Of a DNA stretch of 64,000 bases, positions 61,504-64,000 are shown piece after piece. The number at the start of each line of letters is the position of its first letter. Positions within the stretch are counted from its first letter, which is position 1. The position numbers and the translations under genes were made by a program. A model generated the notes under the pieces. The model searched no databases. It saw only the letters and a list, made by a program, of their open reading frames with translations, and was not told where the DNA came from. Source of the stretch: Rickettsiaceae bacterium (GTDB lineage Bacteria > Pseudomonadota > Alphaproteobacteria > Rickettsiales > Rickettsiaceae); the NCBI GenBank assembly GCA_045106635.1, contig JBGCEX010000022.1:5052-69051 (forward strand). Reading direction: 5' to 3'.

Positions 61504-62199
61504 CTATTTTACTCCTCTTAGGTTGTTAATATTTTCCTTATAATTACCATCAAAAACATAATTACCAGACACTAATAGATTAGCACCCTGCTCTTTGCAT
61601 AACTTTGCTGTCTCCTTGTTAATACCACCATCTACTGAGATAATAATATTTCTATCAGCCACTATATTAACAATTTTTTTAATTTTATCTAGCTGGTTTA
61701 GCATAAATTTCTGCCCACCAAAACCAGGGTTAACAGTCATTACTAAAATTAAATCTACCTTGTCTAAAATATACTCCAAGACATCAAGACTGCTAGTTGG
61801 TAATAGTGCTATCCCTACTTTAACACCTGAATCTTTGATTAAATTAATAGTTCTATCTAAATGAATAGTCGTTTCAGGATGCACAGTAATATAATCGACT
61901 CCAGCTTTTATATATTGCATCACCGAATCTTCTGGATTACTAATCATAAGATGAACATCAAATGGTACTTTTGTATAACTTCTGATTTTTGCAATTACCG
62001 GCGCTCCAAATGTGAGGTTTGGAACAAACACTCCGTCCATAACATCAATATGGATTAAATCAGCACCAGCTTCTTCTAATTTTTTAAGATTATTCCCTAA
62101 GTTAGCAAAATCAGCTGATAATATTGAAGGCGCTATCTTTATCATTTTATTTCCTTCCTTTTCTTGTTTCAAGTAATCTAAATTCCTTAGAATTAACAC
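61504..62199 (-). CDS. rpe: ribulose-phosphate 3-epimerase
   Basis: IAPSILSADF, HIDVMDG, HLM and VNPGFGGQ motifs. Likely start is the ATG at 62145. Confidence 0.93.
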   Translation of the reverse strand: MLILRNLDYLKQEKEGNKMIKIAPSILSADFANLGNNLKKLEEAGADLIHIDVMDGVFVPNLTFGAPVIAKIRSYTKVPFDVHLMISNPEDSVMQYIKAGVDYITVHPETTIHLDRTINLIKDSGVKVGIALLPTSSLDVLEYILDKVDLILVMTVNPGFGGQKFMLNQLDKIKKIVNIVADRNIIISVDGGINKETAKLCKEQGANLLVSGNYVFDGNYKENINNLRGVK

Positions 62200-62353
62200 C
62201 CCACCCTTTTCCGCGACAATTCTTCAGTTTGAAGCAATTAATCCTGCCCTTCTCTTTCAGAGATTATTACTAATTAAAAATTATAATATTTATTTTTTAT
62301 AAAATTGCATGTATCATGTAACCTCTCTAAAAAAATAAATTTAACATTATTTT

Positions 62354-62854
62354 ATGAAATTTACTATAGAAATTGCCCAAGATAATAATGAGTGGGATTT
62401 ATATAGCGAGATAAATCCTAAATTATTTAAACAAATCCTGAACGAAGTCATAAAAAACTACAAAAACTTTAGTAAAATCAAAAATATAGAACTATCTGTG
62501 TTACTTACCAACAACAACAGAATACAACAACTAAATCAAGAATTCCGAAACAAAAACAGCGCCACAAATGTTTTGTCCTTTCCAGATGTAGATATAGATT
62601 TTAGACAAATACTTGAATTTGAACCAAACTTAGATTATATGTACTTAGGTGATGTAGCATTCGCTTTTGAAACAATTTTTAAAGAAGCAGAGAAAAAGAA
62701 GATTGACTTCTTAAACCATTTCAAGCATTTGCTGTTGCACTCGATCCTGCACTTAATTGGTTACGATCACAAAGATGATGAAGAAACTGAAATAATGCAA
62801 AATATCGAAGTAAGAATTTTACAACGATTATCTATTTCGTCGCCATATTTATAA
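62354..62854 (+). CDS. ybeY: rRNA maturation endoribonuclease YbeY
   Basis: Zinc motif HSILHLIGYDH. Confidence 0.9.
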   Translation: MKFTIEIAQDNNEWDLYSEINPKLFKQILNEVIKNYKNFSKIKNIELSVLLTNNNRIQQLNQEFRNKNSATNVLSFPDVDIDFRQILEFEPNLDYMYLGDVAFAFETIFKEAEKKKIDFLNHFKHLLLHSILHLIGYDHKDDEETEIMQNIEVRILQRLSISSPYL

Positions 62855-62881
62855 ATAAAACAAAAAGGTACCCATAAATCT

Positions 62882-63751
62882 ATGCCAGAAAATTTAGATC
62901 CAGAAGAACCTTCCGAAACGCGGAATTCATTAAAATATCGTATTAAAGATTTTTTTAATACATTATTTAATAGATCATCTGCTTTAACAGAAAAACAAAA
63001 TAGTTATACGAATCAAGAAGAAATTACTAAGACTAGCCATATTCAACAAGATATAATTACAAAGAATTTTGAAAGCTTTACTGAAAAAACAGTTGAAGAT
63101 GTAATGATACCAAGATCAGATATCATTTCCGTAAGCTATGATATTTCTCTTGAAGAATTAAGTAAAACAATAATCAAATATGGTCACACTAGAACTTTAG
63201 TTTACAAGGATAATCTAGATAATGTGATTGGTTTTCTGCATATTAAAGATTTATTTGAAATCATAGCAAAATCAAAAAAATATAGTCTAAAGAAATTAAT
63301 GAGAAAACATATAGTATCACCTCATTCAATGACTCTAATTGACCTTCTAAGGCAAATGCAGATTAATCGCACTCACATTGCTATTGTAGTTGATGAATAC
63401 GGTGGAACAGATGGTATAGTAACAATTGAAGATGTTATTGAGTCAATTGTAGGTAAAATTGATGACGAGCATGATACAGATCTAGATTTAGACACTTTTA
63501 AAATTCTAAAACCAGGGTTACTTGTAGCCACTGCTAGAATGGAAGTAGAAGAACTTGAAAAACTCCTTAATGTTAAGTTAAGAAAAGAAGATGATGAATT
63601 TGACACTATAGGAGGTCTGGTACTTGCAAAAGCTGGAACTGTTCCAGAAAAAGGGGATGTCATAATTATAACAAAAGAAGTAACTGTAGAAATAATAGAC
63701 TCAACCCCAAGAACGATCAAACAATTAAGAATTACTTGCAGTAAAAAATAA
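62882..63751 (+). CDS. tlyC: CBS-pair/CorC_HlyC domain protein (hemolysin C-like)
   Basis: CBS pair (VEDVMIPRSDI...) followed by the CorC/HlyC transporter-associated domain. Sits directly after ybeY, as in many bacteria. Confidence 0.85.
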   Translation: MPENLDPEEPSETRNSLKYRIKDFFNTLFNRSSALTEKQNSYTNQEEITKTSHIQQDIITKNFESFTEKTVEDVMIPRSDIISVSYDISLEELSKTIIKYGHTRTLVYKDNLDNVIGFLHIKDLFEIIAKSKKYSLKKLMRKHIVSPHSMTLIDLLRQMQINRTHIAIVVDEYGGTDGIVTIEDVIESIVGKIDDEHDTDLDLDTFKILKPGLLVATARMEVEELEKLLNVKLRKEDDEFDTIGGLVLAKAGTVPEKGDVIIITKEVTVEIIDSTPRTIKQLRITCSKK

Positions 63752-63849
63752 CCCATTTATAAATGGATTAAGATAATTACCAATTAATAAATTAATTTTT
63801 CATCTCATCATAACTAAAACCGATAGAGTTAGGATTTTATTCCCCTTAC

Positions 63850-64000
63850 TTAATTTACTTCTTTGGTCCATGTTAAACCTTTACCTTCTATTATCTCCAT
63901 TGAAGATTTTGGAAAATTTCCATCATGATTTAAATATCTTCCCTTGAGAATATTTGCTAAAAAGATCTCGGCATGCGCATAAAATGACATTCTATTTTCA
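63850..64000 (-). CDS. hypothetical protein, 3' end only (gene enters from the right edge)
   Basis: Minus strand has 49 open codons ending at the TAA (63850-63852): ENRMSFYAHAEIFLANILKGRYLNHDGNFPKSSMEIIEGKGLTWTKEVN. Family not recognisable from this fragment. Confidence 0.35.
   Translation of the reverse strand, partial: ENRMSFYAHAEIFLANILKGRYLNHDGNFPKSSMEIIEGKGLTWTKEVN

Noticed and set aside
62222-62263. Two perfect 5-bp hairpins (cttca-gtt-tgaag, tctct-ttc-agaga) in a slightly G+C-richer stretch between rpe and ybeY (possible sRNA or leader)
   Set aside because: The stems are too short to be significant, no known RNA family motif was recognised, and the region is simply the rpe 5' leader and divergent promoter region.
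1-64000. Scan for CRISPR arrays, IS/transposases, integrases, phage or toxin-antitoxin/defence gene clusters, and rRNA
   Set aside because: None found. There are no regularly spaced repeats, and no ORF translation has transposase, integrase, Cas or restriction-enzyme hallmarks.

Overview
AT-rich (roughly one-third G+C by eye) chromosomal segment. Its gene content and translated proteins look like an obligate-intracellular alphaproteobacterium of the order Rickettsiales, Rickettsiaceae-like: petABC bc1 complex, ccmAB, acnA, dusB-ntrY-ntrX, rvh-type virB8/virB9, tlyC, an ankyrin protein. All family assignments come from reading the ORF translations by eye, not from searches. I call about 60 protein genes and one tRNA-Ile(GAU). 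I see no rRNA, CRISPR array, transposase/IS or phage genes. Most of the window is housekeeping: tyrS, acnA, ccmAB, petABC, lepB-rnc-era, plsC, the murC-murB-ddl-ftsQ block, acpS, ntrYX, dusB, rpoZ, pgpA, phbB, yaaA, sppA, an RND efflux pair, ruvC, maeB, prfA, rpe and ybeY-tlyC. I do not see a convincing, complete novel multi-gene system such as a defence island or biosynthetic cluster. Observations worth a second look: (1) an intact kdpA with no kdpB/kdpC beside it, whose start overlaps the stop of an untracked 39-aa lipoprotein ORF; (2) an isolated virB8-virB9 pair in which virB9 is cut by one in-frame TAA while the downstream C-terminal coding sequence stays open, with a small Cys-rich lipoprotein gene divergent from it; (3) a sodium:solute-symporter/histidine-kinase hybrid sensor broken into four ORFs; (4) a high density of single-base disruptions, 7 frameshifts and 1 nonsense codon in 6 genes, two of them at poly(A) runs, which could be genome decay, homopolymer assembly error or slippage-tolerated sites; (5) several orphan or secreted candidates: a 561-aa pentapeptide-repeat lipoprotein, a 280-aa hydrophilic orphan, an ankyrin protein, and small untracked ORFs.
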